Assembly (NCBI RefSeq): GCF_009914755.1
Contig: NC_060926.1
DNA from: the human T2T-CHM13v2.0 reference genome, Homo sapiens
Length of the DNA: 64,000 bases
Reading direction: 5' to 3' (one strand)
Shown here: one piece after another, positions 35,048 to 53,259 of the stretch
Layout: every line of letters begins with the position of its first letter
Position numbering within the stretch: the first letter of the stretch is position 1
The notes under the pieces: generated by a model
Database searches by the model: none
Seen by the model: the letters and a program-made list of their open reading frames with translations, nothing else
Told to the model about the DNA's origin: nothing
Program-made: the position numbers and the translations under genes

Positions 35048-36857
35048 CAACTACCTTCTCTTTTCACTGTCTTCTGCTTACCCTTGGAAACAGTATTATG
35101 AACATATCAACAGTTGTTGTAAGCCTCTGAGTGGGAAGCAGACACGCAAGTCAAGGATTTACTGCCAAGAATTATGACTTTAGGGAAAAACCTAACCAAA
35201 GGTGTCTTTTTAAGAAAGGTACCAATTTCTAGGGTTATACTGCTCTGTTCTTTGCATCTAGATATTCAAGATTATCTGCTTAACTCTTGTCTGTGCATTT
35301 ATATGTCCTCCCTGCATCTATCCATAGCATCAACTGTAGATATTTTGCATAATCTCAACCCAAATATATCATATCATTATCTCTCCCTGACTTACCTGTT
35401 TACCATCCCATTTCTTTCCCAGTACTACCTACCAGGCTTAACATAGTTAGTGACATCTCCATCTTCATAGTTACGAAGGGTAAAAATCTAAGAATGACCT
35501 TCAGCTTGTTGCTGTCCTTGATATGCTAGCTAAATCATTAATTGCCAACTACTCTCTTCCCACACTTTTAAAGTTCTCTCCTTTTCTAGAAACTGCTTTG
35601 ATTTATTACGTGCCAGCCACTGGGTTAGGCTTTCCACATCCATTGTCTTTTTTTAATCTTTGCAGCCACTATTGGAAGTAGGTTGCATTACCTTGTTTTC
35701 ATATCACATTTATGGAATAGGCCTGAAGAAGTTAATTGACTAGCTATCCAAACAGCCAGGAAATGATGGATCAGAGATTTGAGGCTGAGTGACCTGAAAA
35801 TCCAACCTCTTTCCACTAAGCACTCTTCCACCAGGCATATAAGATCCTTCCCTATTTCATATCCTCCCATTGATATTTCTGGGTTTTTTACTTTCTCTTT
35901 GGGTATCTTTTCCTAGCCATATGGAAACATTTCTGGTCCTGTGAACTGGTTATGCTGTTTTATGCCTCTGAGCCTTTACCCTCACTTGCTTCTCTCAACT
36001 TGATTATCTTTCTCAACCCCTGTCAGCTTGGCAGGTTCCCTTCTTCAAGTCCCTGCTGAGAGGTCATTTCATTGTAGCCCTCCTTACCTCCACCACTACT
36101 TCCAGGGAATTGCTACAAATATTGTTGGGTTAAGATTATCATGTATTCTTCTGTTTCAATAGAATGTGATCTCCTTGAGAGCAGAGACATGTTCATCTTT
36201 TTAGTTTTATTAGTCTTAACTGTATTTTGGAGCTAACAGAGGCATTTTCTCTTTATAAGAAAATGCATATCCTACTTTGTACCCATTCTAAAGGAAACTG
36301 TAACTGTAGAGTAATCTTTTTTCTTTCTTTTTTTTGCCGCTTTAGTTTCCACACATACCTGGCTTATTAGTGCAATTATATATGTTAAACATCTGTTGAC
36401 AGTTTATTAGTTCTAGGCACTGTGCCAGGTGATTGAGGTGCAGGGAAATACACCTTGGGAAGGAGAGTGGAATGATTTGATTAAGGCCTGCACTTTTCTA
36501 TACCATCAGGGAGGAAGTGTACCAATGAGTTGGGATTATGAAAAATTGTAATGACATAGCACCCGATTCTCAGAGGACGGTTTTGATACTGTTTTCCTAG
36601 CAGGTGTTTGCCACTTACTTAGTATGAAGTCAGTAAGTATTTGTCTAATTAATGAATGAAGAACCAGTTTACTTGCCTACAATTAGAGTAATAAAAGTAT
36701 CCATTTAGAGTGTTGGGATGTAATATTTTTTTCTCTCTGTATTGACAAACATTTAAACTTGTAACCTTCCAAGGTAAAATTCAGAAAACAACATCATGGT
36801 AATCTGCAGAAATGCTTTCCTTGAGAAGGCATGATGTTAATGATATGAAAAAAGATC

Positions 36858-36962
36858 AATTATATATAATATATATATAAAACATGATTGTTATATATAA
36901 AAATGGGATTATGTTTTATATATATAAAACATACGATTATGTTATATATATATTTAACATAT
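36858..36962. repeat. AT-rich degenerate minisatellite with palindromic units
   Basis: Includes perfect 24-nt palindrome at 36910-36933. Confidence 0.85.
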
Positions 36963-37194
36963 CTGTGTATGATAAATGCCTCCTGTTGTGATTTTCAAAA
37001 ACTTACTAAAAATTCCCCCAGTACTTTGTTTGTGTTAATGAGTTGTCCCTCAACAGGGGATCCTTGAGATCACTGATAAAATGTTTGTGAATAGTAGTTT
37101 CCCTCCTTTATGTGTTTATTTTATTGTATTATCCTTTCCTTTTAATGTAACTCGCCCTTATCCCTTATCCTCCACACCTTTTTTGTTTTTGCAG

Positions 37195-37281
37195 TATCTC
37201 TTGCTCCTCCTCCTCCCTCCATCCTACAGGTAACTCCTCAGTTACCTTTAATGGGATTTGTGGCCAGAGTCCAAGAAAATA
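37195..37281 (+). CDS. ABI2: ABI2 cassette exon, 87 nt ([30 protein letters not shown])
   Basis: ttttgcag|TA TCT...AAT A|gtaagt; phase 1-1; [10 protein letters not shown] motif recalled as shared with ABI1; too short for the ORF track. Confidence 0.9.
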
Positions 37282-40014
37282 GTAAGTTTATGTCTTCTTT
37301 ATGCTGTAGATCAGATTGTAGGCATAAAATGTCATTTATATGTGATTGACTGGATAGTCATTCATTTGCTGATACTTCAACATTTCAATATTATGAACAA
37401 ATCACTGTCTGGCTAGTGGAGATAAAATAGAGAAATTTTCTACTTTTAAATAACTAATAGTAAAGACATAAGACAAATACATATAAAATAAGGCACATAT
37501 AAGAAAAGAAAGACCACATCCTACTGAGGAGGTATCTTTAATCACTAGATATCCCATCTTTTTCTCTGGGTTGCTCAGATAAGTGGTAGTCTAGTTTCTT
37601 ATCACTGGAGTTTTATGGGTATTATAGGTGGTCTGAGAATCTTCCTCCAGTTTTGTGATTCCAGATATCAGAAGGGCCTTTTATGGTAGGGCTCAGAGGA
37701 CCAGGCTGCCAGTCTGTCTCCCAAGAAGCCTCATAGGTTGGCAATGAATTTCCCTTGGCCTGTTCAGGTAACTAATTTTGTTCATACCTTGAGTCTTCTA
37801 GGGAAGCATTAAGGGAGCTCAGGAGGCTGATGACAAATCAGGAGGCCTGTATCAACATTCAGTGAGGAATTGCTGTCACAGAGACCAGTGAACATAGACT
37901 GTATGATGGACAAATCCTCTTCTTATGGGCAGTCTTTGCGAGGGCCACATCACAATAATAAGGTTACATGATTTGCATGAATCTGAACTAGGAGAATGAT
38001 ATTAAAGATCTCATGTCATCAGACCAAAGTAGTCCAGTGTATATATCTCATAACAAGGATGGATGACTTCACTGGTGGGGTAGAAATATTTGCAATCTGT
38101 GGCTTAGGACTCCTGCTTATTTGGAAATGGGCACTGCCAGTACTAGAATGTAAGCTCTATAAGAGCAAGGAGTTTTGCCTGTTTTGCTTGCTAGCTGTTT
38201 CCCCAGCACTTGGAAAAGCATCTGACACATAGCAGGCACTTTTGGTCCCTGCTTTTTTCTGCTTCTGTAGCTGACCAAATGCCCCCCTTTTATCAGCACA
38301 TTCTTCTAGATGTGGTTGTATTTTAACTAATAATTCAGTCTTACTGGCCTAAGGGCTCAGTGTCTTTCAGCTGCCTTTGCATCTCTATTTGCTAATTTCT
38401 GAAAATAGTCTATTTTACTTACTTTTGTTTATTGGAAGGTACTCCATGAACACCTGTAATGTTTACCACACCGTGACTTCATAAGATGTTTTGTTGAGTT
38501 TAAGAGCTATTTTCACATATAATTAGGTGATTTCATATGTTTTAAATTATGCTATTGGGGCCGACTCTTCTTTAGCTTGGGTGTGACCCACACTGGCTCG
38601 AGGAGAAAACTGCCTCTCAGCAACATTCAACTATTAATAGTTCAGCATGTGCCAAGCACATCCGTAGTGTGATCCTCTGCCAGGCTTGTGAGGTCAAGTG
38701 TGGGATACAGGGTCACTGTTGCCAGGTTTTAAAAAATGTCTGCTGCATCCAAACAGGATAAATACCAAGTAGAAAAGGATTTAATTACAGTACCAGAATT
38801 GAAGGACTTTCCAATGCTGGTTCCATTCTACATACTCCATACAAGGTGGAAAGTCTAAGTAAATGTCATTACAGTAAAATAATTTTTTTCCATCACAAAT
38901 CCGGTTTAATCACAATGATTAATGATGGTAGTCACTTGAATAATACCCTGGGAGTTTTTTCTGTTTTTACTATTGTGATGAGTGTACACCTTAGAGAATT
39001 CTGCCAATCAATTGCTACTGCATGTTCTGTGAGATGTTGTCATTCATTTTGAACAAAAGTGGTTCTGAGCAGCTTCTGGAGTAAAGGCCAGATTTTGAAA
39101 CTGACATTGAAGACTAATCCATTAATGAAACACGAATGTTTGTATAGCAACTAAGTGGTTATTTTCTTAGCAAAAAATGAGACTTGAAAGTTGAATAGGA
39201 TTTAAAGCAGGATGTCATTGGTTTTCGCCAGTCACCAGTGAAAGCTGCAAGCTTTGTAGAAACAGCAAAATGTTTCATGAACCAAACCTAAGAAGTATTG
39301 TTTTAATTTAATAGTAAAGTGCATGACTATCACTTTAAGACTTAGGAATGTCTTAAGTAGATGACTGCAAAACATTATTATAGCAGCACTACCTATATTT
39401 TAAAAAGTCATTCCCTAATTTGACCACCCTATCACAGTTGATTGCCTTTTGGATTGGTCTTTTTCATCTTTTCCTACAATCATATACGTTTCTCATTTAC
39501 ACAATGTATAAAAAAATTGTGTATGAGGTGTGCTGTGACTAATTTTACAGACGTGGCAGGACTTAAACATTAGTCAAATAATAAACATTATTTGAATGTT
39601 TAAGTCTTTAAACTCTTTAAAACATTCACCTTGGAAAAATACATACATTTCTTTTGGTACATCTTCAAAGATAATTCTTTGGAATTATCTTCAAAGCTTT
39701 CCAGGTATATTATTTTGAAGATATTCCTTGGTAGCAAATACTCACTCTGCATTAAGTTTGATGTTTGGAAGAAGTCTGGAATAATTTGGAACCAGTTATA
39801 GTGACCCAGCAGTTATACTGGGGTAAGAAGTACAGCTATGACCCTGTTATTCCCCTTAAAATCTTTCTGTGGCTCACCATGGCTCTTTGGATAGAGACCA
39901 AACTGCTGTAAGGCCCTTCCTGCCTCATCCTCTTCAGCTTCCTGAAGCTGGCTACTGAATTTGGACAGTTCTTTGAAAGTTTCTTGCTTTCTTACCTTTG
40001 TACTTGCATTGTCT

Positions 40015-40330
<316 letters not shown>

Positions 40331-41247
40331 TGACATGAAATATCAATGCCTATGCCATCCTACCCTCCCCTCTTCCTCCCCATTAACTCTTACTCTTCCT
40401 TCAGGTTTCAGGAAGCCTTTCCTGACCCACATAACAAGTGTGGTTTATGCTGTGTGCTTCTATAGTATCTTAAAGCACACACTACACTCAATTGTAAATG
40501 AAGATTTGGTCGTTCATGTCTTCATGACTTTTGCCTACTGCCCTTTTCTCAATGCTGAGCATAATATCCAGCCATATTAGTTAATGTTTGTTGAATAAAT
40601 ACTAATGAAGCATGACTTGAAGTTTTTAAAATTTATCCCATCCCATAATAGTGTAGCTTTTAAGATAATAGGCATTGGAGTTCAGGTGCTTTTCCACTTA
40701 CTTGCTGTCAGAATACTTAATCTTGGAAAGCCAGTCTCCACATCTATAAAATGAAAAACACCACCTCCCAATATAAAGATGAAATGAAATAATGCATTAC
40801 AAAGGACTAGCTGAGTAATTGGAACATTTTAAGTCAAAAGTAGTAGCTTATTAAACTGGCAGTTACAAGAAAAGTAAAAATGACCAATGGCAGCATCTTT
40901 GAGTAATTTTGTAGTGTCATTTCTCAAGGTTATTGTTTTGAAAGTTCCTTTGGATCTATGGTTCTGTGCAGTTGTTTAAAGTCAGTCTTTTTATCTTACA
41001 AATGGAAATAGGATAAATTTCTCTTTCTCACCCAAGTATATGGTAAATCACATATCTATATCTTTTGTTTATTAATAAAAACTATTAGGATGAAAGACAT
41101 TCTATTTAATGACTGAAGTTTTAAAGTTTATAAAGTAGATCAGTATAGAGGGGCACAGCAGATGGGAAGAATACTGATAAGACAGCATGGTGTTGATGTG
41201 GCTGCTCCCACCAGGCATCAGCAGTCTTTGAAAATCCATTTAATTCA

Positions 41248-41558
<311 letters not shown>

Positions 41559-42179
41559 TTAATTCAATTCGTAGGCTTAGATTAAAAAATACTAAATAAA
41601 TTGGATTGCTCAGAGAGTCACATGGGAACTATACTGGTACCTCATAAATAAGAATTAGTGCTGTTCATTAAACCTGGGGAGCTGATAAACAGGTTTATTC
41701 ATTTCATTCTGTTCAGTTGTGCTCACGTATTTACCAACCATTTTGAAAGCTTAAGGTAGCTGAGTTTGAAGATAATCTTTTTGATGTTGCTATATATTGG
41801 TATGCAAGCTGTGGAAGCAGATCTCCATGTGAGATATTATAAATTACTCTGATAGTACACTTGGACATTTAGCCTGAAGAAATTCTGAATTATAGTCTGA
41901 ATTAGAAGAAATTCTATAAGTAAACAAACATCCTCATAGATGAAGTAACCCAAGTTTGTTGATGATTTTTTTCCTCTTGAATTTGGTAAAATGCTATTTT
42001 AGAAAAATTCATTAAGAGGAAAGTAGTGGGTTATTAAAATTTTACTATTCCCTGGACTCATTTAAGTGAAAAAATATTTTAAGAATTTGTGAAATATGGT
42101 TTTCAGTGTTAGTATTTCTGATAACTTATCCTTGAATACAGTGTAAAGCTCAGCTGTATTGTACTGATCTCTGGGTTTT

Positions 42180-42505
42180 TTTATTCTTATTTTTTATTGT
42201 TTATTTTTTTTTTGCTGTTGTTGTTTTTGAGATGCGGTCTTGCCCTATGGCCCAGGCTGGAGTGGCGTGATCTCGACTCACTGCAACCTCCACCTCCCCG
42301 GTTCCAGCGATTCTTGTGCCTTGGCCTCCTGAGTAGCTGGGATTACGGGCGCCCACGACCATGTGCGACTAATTTTTGTATTTTTAGTAGAGGCAGGGTT
42401 TCACCATGTTGCCCAGGCTGGTCTTGAACTTCTGACCTCAGGTGATCCGCCTGCTTCGGCCTCCCAAAGTGCTGGGATTACAGGCGCGAGCCACCGCTCC
42501 TGGCC
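42180..42505 (-). mobile_element. Alu (AluS-like)
   Basis: Reverse consensus; TSD tactgatctct. Confidence 0.93.
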
Positions 42506-42789
42506 ATACTGATCTCTTTGGAAAGAGGATTTGTGTTAATATAAACAGGTTCCAGAGGCTCAGTTAATAATTATTTTGTCTAAACTTTATTCAGTGTCCA
42601 TTAGCATTAATCCAAGGGCAAGAGAGGGAGAACGTCATACTTGGAGCTCTAGAACGTTATAGTTGGTGGGAAGACTTATCTTGCTCATTGATTTTTTGAA
42701 GGAATATTACATTTATTTTCAAGTCTAGGTTTATATTCCATGAACCCAGAAGCTTGGATAGGAAATACTGAACTTTGCATAACATATAG

Positions 42790-43080
<291 letters not shown>

Positions 43081-43647
43081 TAAGTGAAGTTCTATTTATT
43101 TGTATTTGTGCATTTTTACTGAGTTTACAAGGTTCATGATTTTGAAAGTTACACTAGTAAAATTCTGTGAATATTTGATTTTAAAAAACTGATGGTTATC
43201 TATATTGTTCCTATTGGACATGCTTTTTATGAATGGTTTCTATCAGTGTTTTTCTGTTTTCCTTTGGCCTCAGGAAGATTATTTTTCCACATTATTATTC
43301 CTACCTCCATGCTTTAGAACATTAGTTTGTGTCACCTTATAATCAGATACTTCAGTTTAAATGTCTCCACATGAAACTTTCTTCCACAGAATAATGGTTT
43401 CTCAGTTTCTTTGCCAAGTAATATTGGGCATTTCTTTTAGTGAAAAGCTTCTTTGATATTAGCTAATTATGATGTAGCACTTTGGGATACAAGCTTTCAA
43501 ATCCATCAAGACTAATCAGCTCAGAAAAAAATGTGTGCTGTCTGGAAGGAAATTTTCTTTTAAGAAAATCAAAGCTACTAACCCACTGAGTCTCAAAGCT
43601 GGCTACACATTAGAATCACTTGGAGAGCTTTTATAAAGAAATAATAG

Positions 43648-45586
<1,939 letters not shown>

Positions 45587-45638
45587 TGTGCTTTGTATTT
45601 TATGTGGTTTGCCTTGTTTAATATAAGAATGCTTTGGG

Positions 45639-46010
<372 letters not shown>

Positions 46011-46306
46011 TTAGAATTGGGATTTGACTGGGTGGTATAACTCTAGACCCCACACTCTTAACCATTGTCCTAAACGTGAGCTCTGGCATCTGGCAGACCT
46101 AGGATTGAGTCTTGGCTTTACAGTTTATGAGCATTAAGTCCTCCCTGGAAAACTTTTTTACTGCCCGTTTTGTATCTCTTAACTTTTGTAAAGCCATCTA
46201 TTCTTTTGTTCTTCTGGCTCAGTGATACAGCTTTTAGCTAGAAGTATAAATGATATATAGGAATTGTCAGATAACATTTCTGTCTTCACAAGACTGTGAC
46301 AGTCCC

Positions 46307-46600
46307 TTTTTTTTTTTTTGAGACGGAGTCTTGCTCTGTTGCCCAGGCTGGAGTGCAGTGGCACGGTCTTGGCTCACTGCAAGCTCTGCCTCCCAGGTTC
46401 ACGCCATTCTCCTGCCTCAGCCTCCTGAGTAGGTGGGACTACAGGCACCTGCCAGCACACCCGGCTAATTTTTTGTATTTTTAGTAGAGACAGGGTTTCA
46501 CCATGTTAGCCAGGATGGTCTCAATCTCCTGACCTTGTGATCCGCCCACCTCGGCCTCCCAAAGTGCTGGGATTACAGGTGTGAGCCACCACGCCCAGCC
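46307..46600 (-). mobile_element. Alu (AluY-like)
   Basis: Reverse consensus; TSD gacagtccctt. Confidence 0.95.
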
Positions 46601-46689
46601 GACAGTCCCTTATCTGGTTCATCTTCGTACCTCTAAAAGTCAGCATGGATGCTCTATTAATGATTGTTAAAAAATGAATAGTGCCATTA

Positions 46690-47175
46690 ATTCTTTCTGG
46701 GGAATTCCTAGAAAGCTTCTCAGAGAACATGGCGTTCTTGGTGCCTTGAATGATGAATAGGAGTTTCTCAGGCAGAGAAGAGAGAAAGGAAGGGCCTTCC
46801 AAGCTGAGGGAATCACGTGAGTGAGAGGGCATGGCTGTTTGGGGCAGAGCAGTGTCCAGTGCATGAGGGTGGGGGTGGGTTGTAGGGAGAGAGGGTGATA
46901 TGAGCACGCAAAGGGAATAAATTGTAATTAGGTGGTGGGTGGCTAAAAATGACAATGCGAAGGTGTTGGATTAAAAAAAAAATCTGGTAGTAGAGGGAAA
47001 TTATGGAGGATTTTTAAAAAGGTTAATGATAATATCCATCTACTTATGTAACTTTTTTTGGAGATACCTGATAATAGTGTAGAGTGCATTGGAGAGGAAA
47101 AGTAGGAGTTGTAAAGACCATTTTGGATAAACTTTGAAGCAAGGGATAATGGCCTCAACCAAGGTAGTGGTGCTG
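46690..47175 (-). mobile_element. L2 fragment(s)
   Basis: Purine-rich L2-like text (gaatgatgaataggagttt, gggaaattatggaggattttta). Confidence 0.6.
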
Positions 47176-47592
47176 AAAAGATTGTTTACATAAATAAGCA
47201 GATACAAATAGAAGGATTTTTCAAGTGGCATTGTAACTGCACTTTTCAAAGTTATTTGCCAAAAATCAAATAACGTATCTTCAAAAATCATGTTTGATGA
47301 TGTATCATCAAGGTCTTTCTTAAATTTTGTTGAAAGCAAAGGAATAAGAGCCACCTGATTTGCAAACGGATTGAGTTACTCAGTGGAGTAATTCTTTTAA
47401 TATGAGCACCATTATTTTGAATGGTCCCTTTGGCACCCAGTGTTTTGTACTTTAAGACAGTGCACCACTGTGCTTTTTTTAAGTAGAAGGACAAAAAGGA
47501 TATAAAAACTTTTATGACTGCTTGACTGAAGGTATGATCTCAAGCAGATCAATTTTAGGAAGCAGTACTTAAGATTAGAAAATCTAGAAAGA

Positions 47593-47891
47593 GGCCAGGC
47601 ATGGTGGCTCACGCCTGTAATCCCAGCACTTTGGGAGGCCAAGGCCGGCAGATGACAAGGTCAAGAGATCAAGACCATCCAGCCAACATGGTGAAACCCC
47701 ACCTCTACTACAAGTTCAAAAATTAGCTGGGTGTGGTGGTGCACGCCTGTAGTCCCAGCAACTCAGGAGGCTGAGGCAGGAGAATCACTTGAACCCAGGA
47801 GGTGGAGCTTGCAGTGAGCCAAGATCACTCGCCACCGCACTCCAGCCTGGCAACAGAGTGAGACTCTGTCTCAAAAAAAAAAAAAAAAAAA
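47593..47891 (+). mobile_element. Alu (AluSc-like)
   Basis: Consensus body; TSD aaaatctagaaaga. Confidence 0.94.
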
Positions 47892-47903
47892 TCTAGAAAG
47901 AGA

Positions 47904-48211
47904 GCCAGTTGCATGTAGTGGCTCACACCTGTAATCCCTTAAAGTGCTGTAAAGCACTTTAAGAGGCTGAGGCCGGCGGATTGCTTGAGACGAGGAGTTC
48001 AAGACCAGCCTGGGCAACATGGCGATACCCTCGTCTCTACAAAAAATTAGAAAACTTAGCCAGACATGGTGGTGCATGCCTGTAGTTCCAGCTACTCTGG
48101 AGGCTGAGGTGGGAGCATCACCTGAGCCCAGGAGTTTGAAGGCTGCAGTGAGCTGCGATTGCACCACTGCCTGGGCGACAGTAAGACTCTGTCTCAATAA
48201 AAAGAAAAAAA
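47904..48211 (+). mobile_element. Alu (AluJ-like) with 14-nt inverted insertion
   Basis: Consensus body. Confidence 0.9.
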
Positions 48212-49217
48212 ATATCGAGAGTCCCTATAAACTGTCTGCCACCCACACTGCTTAGAAAATCTCAGGTACCCTGAGTGATAAATGTAATCAATTTTAAAGA
48301 TGGGTGCACTAACTGGGGCGGTGACTATGATGATGGAGAGAAGTCGAGTGTTGGTATTTGGGAGATTTAGAAGGTGGAATTAACAGGACTTGGGGATGTC
48401 GGGGAAGGTGAGTGAGGGGAAGGCAAAGATGACTCCTAGTTTCCTGGCTCCACAGAAGCGTAGTAATCAGATAACTGGGAGAAGACACTGTCATGGAAGC
48501 CATGGAGGAAAATGTCAAGAAGCAGGCAGAGGTAATCATCATTGCCAAACACTACAGGAACATTAGACAAAGAACTGAGAAGAGGCTCAAAAGTAGAAGG
48601 CCAGTTTTTTTCAAGTGAATAGTTTCATTGGAGTGGTAGGGGCAGAAGGAATATGGCTGTATTAGTTAAGCAGCATTATTTTCATTGAAACAGCATCTCC
48701 AGTGGGTTCTAAAACATTTCTTAGAATACATTAAGTGGTTTAACCAACTCTTCATTGATAGTGTCCAGGTTAACTTTGCTCTACCTCAGGACAGGTTATA
48801 ACATAAATTCCAAAGTATGTTAAATGTTTTGCTGGCTTAGGATGAACTTTTTTCCATATAAATAAAATGATGTCAACTCACAATATGTAATTTAATACAA
48901 ACAGTATATTGAAATGGATAATCTTACTAGCATTTTGATTTTTCCAGTGGCTTGCTAGTTTAGGGTACTTAATTGTTAGGTGTGGTTGCTAATACCCTAC
49001 AATATTTGGTGGTCAGTCTTTTTAGTTCAGATCAGTCACTTCTATGTAACATGCTCCTTTTGGGCCTTTTTGTTTTACATTGTTATTTTAGTATCACCTT
49101 AATTTTTCCCCCAATATGTATTTAAGTTACCTTTATTACTCACTGTGTAACTGAATAATATAGAATATAGATGTATTTAGAAGTATCCAAAAAGCTAGGC
49201 CTTGTGTTAGGCGCTAG

Positions 49218-49629
<412 letters not shown>

Positions 49630-50222
49630 AATCTGGGTCCTTTTCTGCTGGCATGGTACCATTATTCTTTGCTTATCTTTAACTCTGCAGCATACTTCAT
49701 ATAAAATTATAGGATTAAAATTAAAAAGAGAAACATTTAAGCTAAGAAGTTTTTTTCAGTTTTACAGACCTTCATAAAATATTCTAGAATGTATTCAATT
49801 GAAATGCTAAATATGAACAATGTACTTTGAAATTTAGAATGTATTTTTACTTTAGCAGAAACATTTAGAAGAACAATGTGTAAGTCCTTTTCTGTTTCAG
49901 TCATAACTGCACAAAAACCAGATGTCTAGCATTTTAAGTTTTTTCTTACATGTGCTTTATCAGTTCCCCATATGATTTTGATACTATGCGTGATATACAT
50001 GCATAATTGGAAAAAGTGACTTTCTTCCCTATTGCCAAAACCAGTTTTCCAGACTAAATAAAATCTAGACAGATTTTACATTTCTCAACATCGGTATTTT
50101 GAATATTGGTGAAAACACAGATACTTTATTACACCGCTTTAGAGTTACTTTGATAAAAGTTTGTTGCACTAAATCAAGAGTATTTTGCTTTTTGATGAAT
50201 GGCTTTACAGTAAAGAATTAGA

Positions 50223-50606
<384 letters not shown>

Positions 50607-50785
50607 AGAAAGTGAATATTCTATACAGCATATTTCTGATTTTTGAAAAAGTTAATTTTAAAATAGTGAATACTAATTTTGGCAAAAGAAAAAGCTGAAC
50701 AGTTGTTAAAACTCTCAGCTCTCTACCATTATAAACAGTCTCTGGAATCATGTTAAGTGTAAATTCTATCTAATCTAGTTTCTAC

Positions 50786-51000
50786 TTTTGATTTGTTTTG
50801 AGACAGTCTCACTCTGTTACCCAGGCTAGAGTGCAGTGGGAAAATCACGGCTTATTTCAGCCTCAACTTTGCTGAGCTCAGGTGATTCTCCCAAGTAGCT
50901 GGGACCACAGGCACGCGCTACCATGCCAGGCTAATTTTTTTTTTTTTTTTTGTATTTTTTTTTTGGTAGAGATGGGGTTTTGCCATGTTGCTTAGGCTGG
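50786..51000 (-). mobile_element. Partial Alu
   Basis: Reverse consensus, 5'-truncated. Confidence 0.87.
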
Positions 51001-51121
51001 CAATTTCTACATTTTAAAGAAGAAAATGAATGTAGATAGAGCTTACTAACTTTCCACTTCTAAGCATCTCTGTTACAACAGGCTTCATATTCTCTTCTGA
51101 ATTACTTTTCATGGGTTTGCA

Positions 51122-51408
51122 TTTCTTTTTCTTTTATTTTTCTTTTTTGAGACAAGAGTCTCACTCTGTCACCAAGGCTGGAGGGAAGTGTTGCGATCTC
51201 AGCTCACTCAAGTGATTCTCTTGCCTCAGCCTCCCAAGTAGCTGGGATTACAGGCGCCCACCACCACGCTTGGCTAATTTTTGTATTTTTAGTAGAGACG
51301 GGGTTTCACCATGTTGGCCAGGCTGGTCTAGAACTTCTGATGTCAGCAGTCTGCCTGCCTTGGCCTCCCAAAGTGTTGGGATTACAGGCGTAAGCTACCG
51401 CACCTGGC
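51122..51408 (-). mobile_element. Alu (AluS-like)
   Basis: Reverse consensus with small deletion. Confidence 0.92.
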
Positions 51409-51646
51409 TGGATTTGCATTTCTTTAAGCATCAGGAATGTTGTCTTTCCTTAAAAAAACACTAGAAAATATTAGGTTGACTAGAAATGCTAAATATTCTA
51501 AATTGTATTTTCTGGGTTTTTTTGTATTTTCTTATATTTAAACTTGTATGCCATTTAACTACATTTGATTGTGTTCAGGCATTTGGTTATATATTGAGAA
51601 ATGCACACTGATCTCTTCCTAGCAAGGATCTTCTAAAGTATTTTCT

Positions 51647-51990
<344 letters not shown>

Positions 51991-53037
51991 TTAAGGAAGC
52001 TATTTAATTTTTATTAAAACAGGCCAGAAACAAATTTTCTTTAGGGCACATTATATCAGAAGTCCCTGTTGTAGTTTGTTTCTCATTGATTTATGTGAGG
52101 CACAAGGTTGCATGAGAAACTAACAAAGACAGTGTGTTTGTCTTGGAACAATGGATAGGTGGAGATTTCATTGAGTGGTATAAAATAGGTACAGAAGATG
52201 AAGAGGTTGGAGCAAAGGATAATTCTTCAAGTGGAATTGAGGATGTTACAGGGCATCCCAGTATAACTAAACTGTTGAAATTGATATAATACTTGGGAAC
52301 CAGAGATTATCTGGTTGAAATAAGATAACAGTTGAAATAACCACTGAGATAATGACTCAAAGAGCCAAGTTACCAAGTGATTTAAGCAATGAAAATCACA
52401 GGAGGGCTTATAGGTATCTGATTTTCTTGTCACTTTTAGTCTGTTATTATAGTTATATTAAATTGGTGACATAGTGCAGCATATGTTTTGAAAAAATATA
52501 TGTAGCGGACTCCCATCATTCATACATTTAACTTGGGGAAATTGAACCACCATTCTACTTAGCGAAGAGGCATAGGCTCCAGAGAGAGTGAGAAAGGAGA
52601 CAGAAATCTGCTGTTCCATTAGTCTGGTTTCTCACTTGACTCTCATAGTGTATCTCATTGCCCTAGTATAATTCTAAGGTAAAGAAAAGCTTTAAAAAAA
52701 AAAAAAAAAAACCACAATATGGTATCTCAACACAAACTCAAATGAAGAAACAGCCATCTTTCTTGATTCTAGGATTGTGTACCTCTTCAATGAGGTACTT
52801 CCCTGTAGGCTCTTAAAAGGTCATCAAAAGCACATTTGATTAAATGTGCTTTTTCCCCATTTGTACTCAATTTAGAGCCTAACATCCCTAGAAAATGGAA
52901 TTTCATTGTATATGACTGGGTATTACTTAGAAAAAAAAACATGTAAGTTTTGGTTGGTGTTTAGAAAGTCACCATGTTTGAGTGCTACAGGATTTGGGAA
53001 CAGATAGCTATTCACTGGCTTGGTTCTGTCTTTCTAG

Positions 53038-53259
<222 letters not shown>

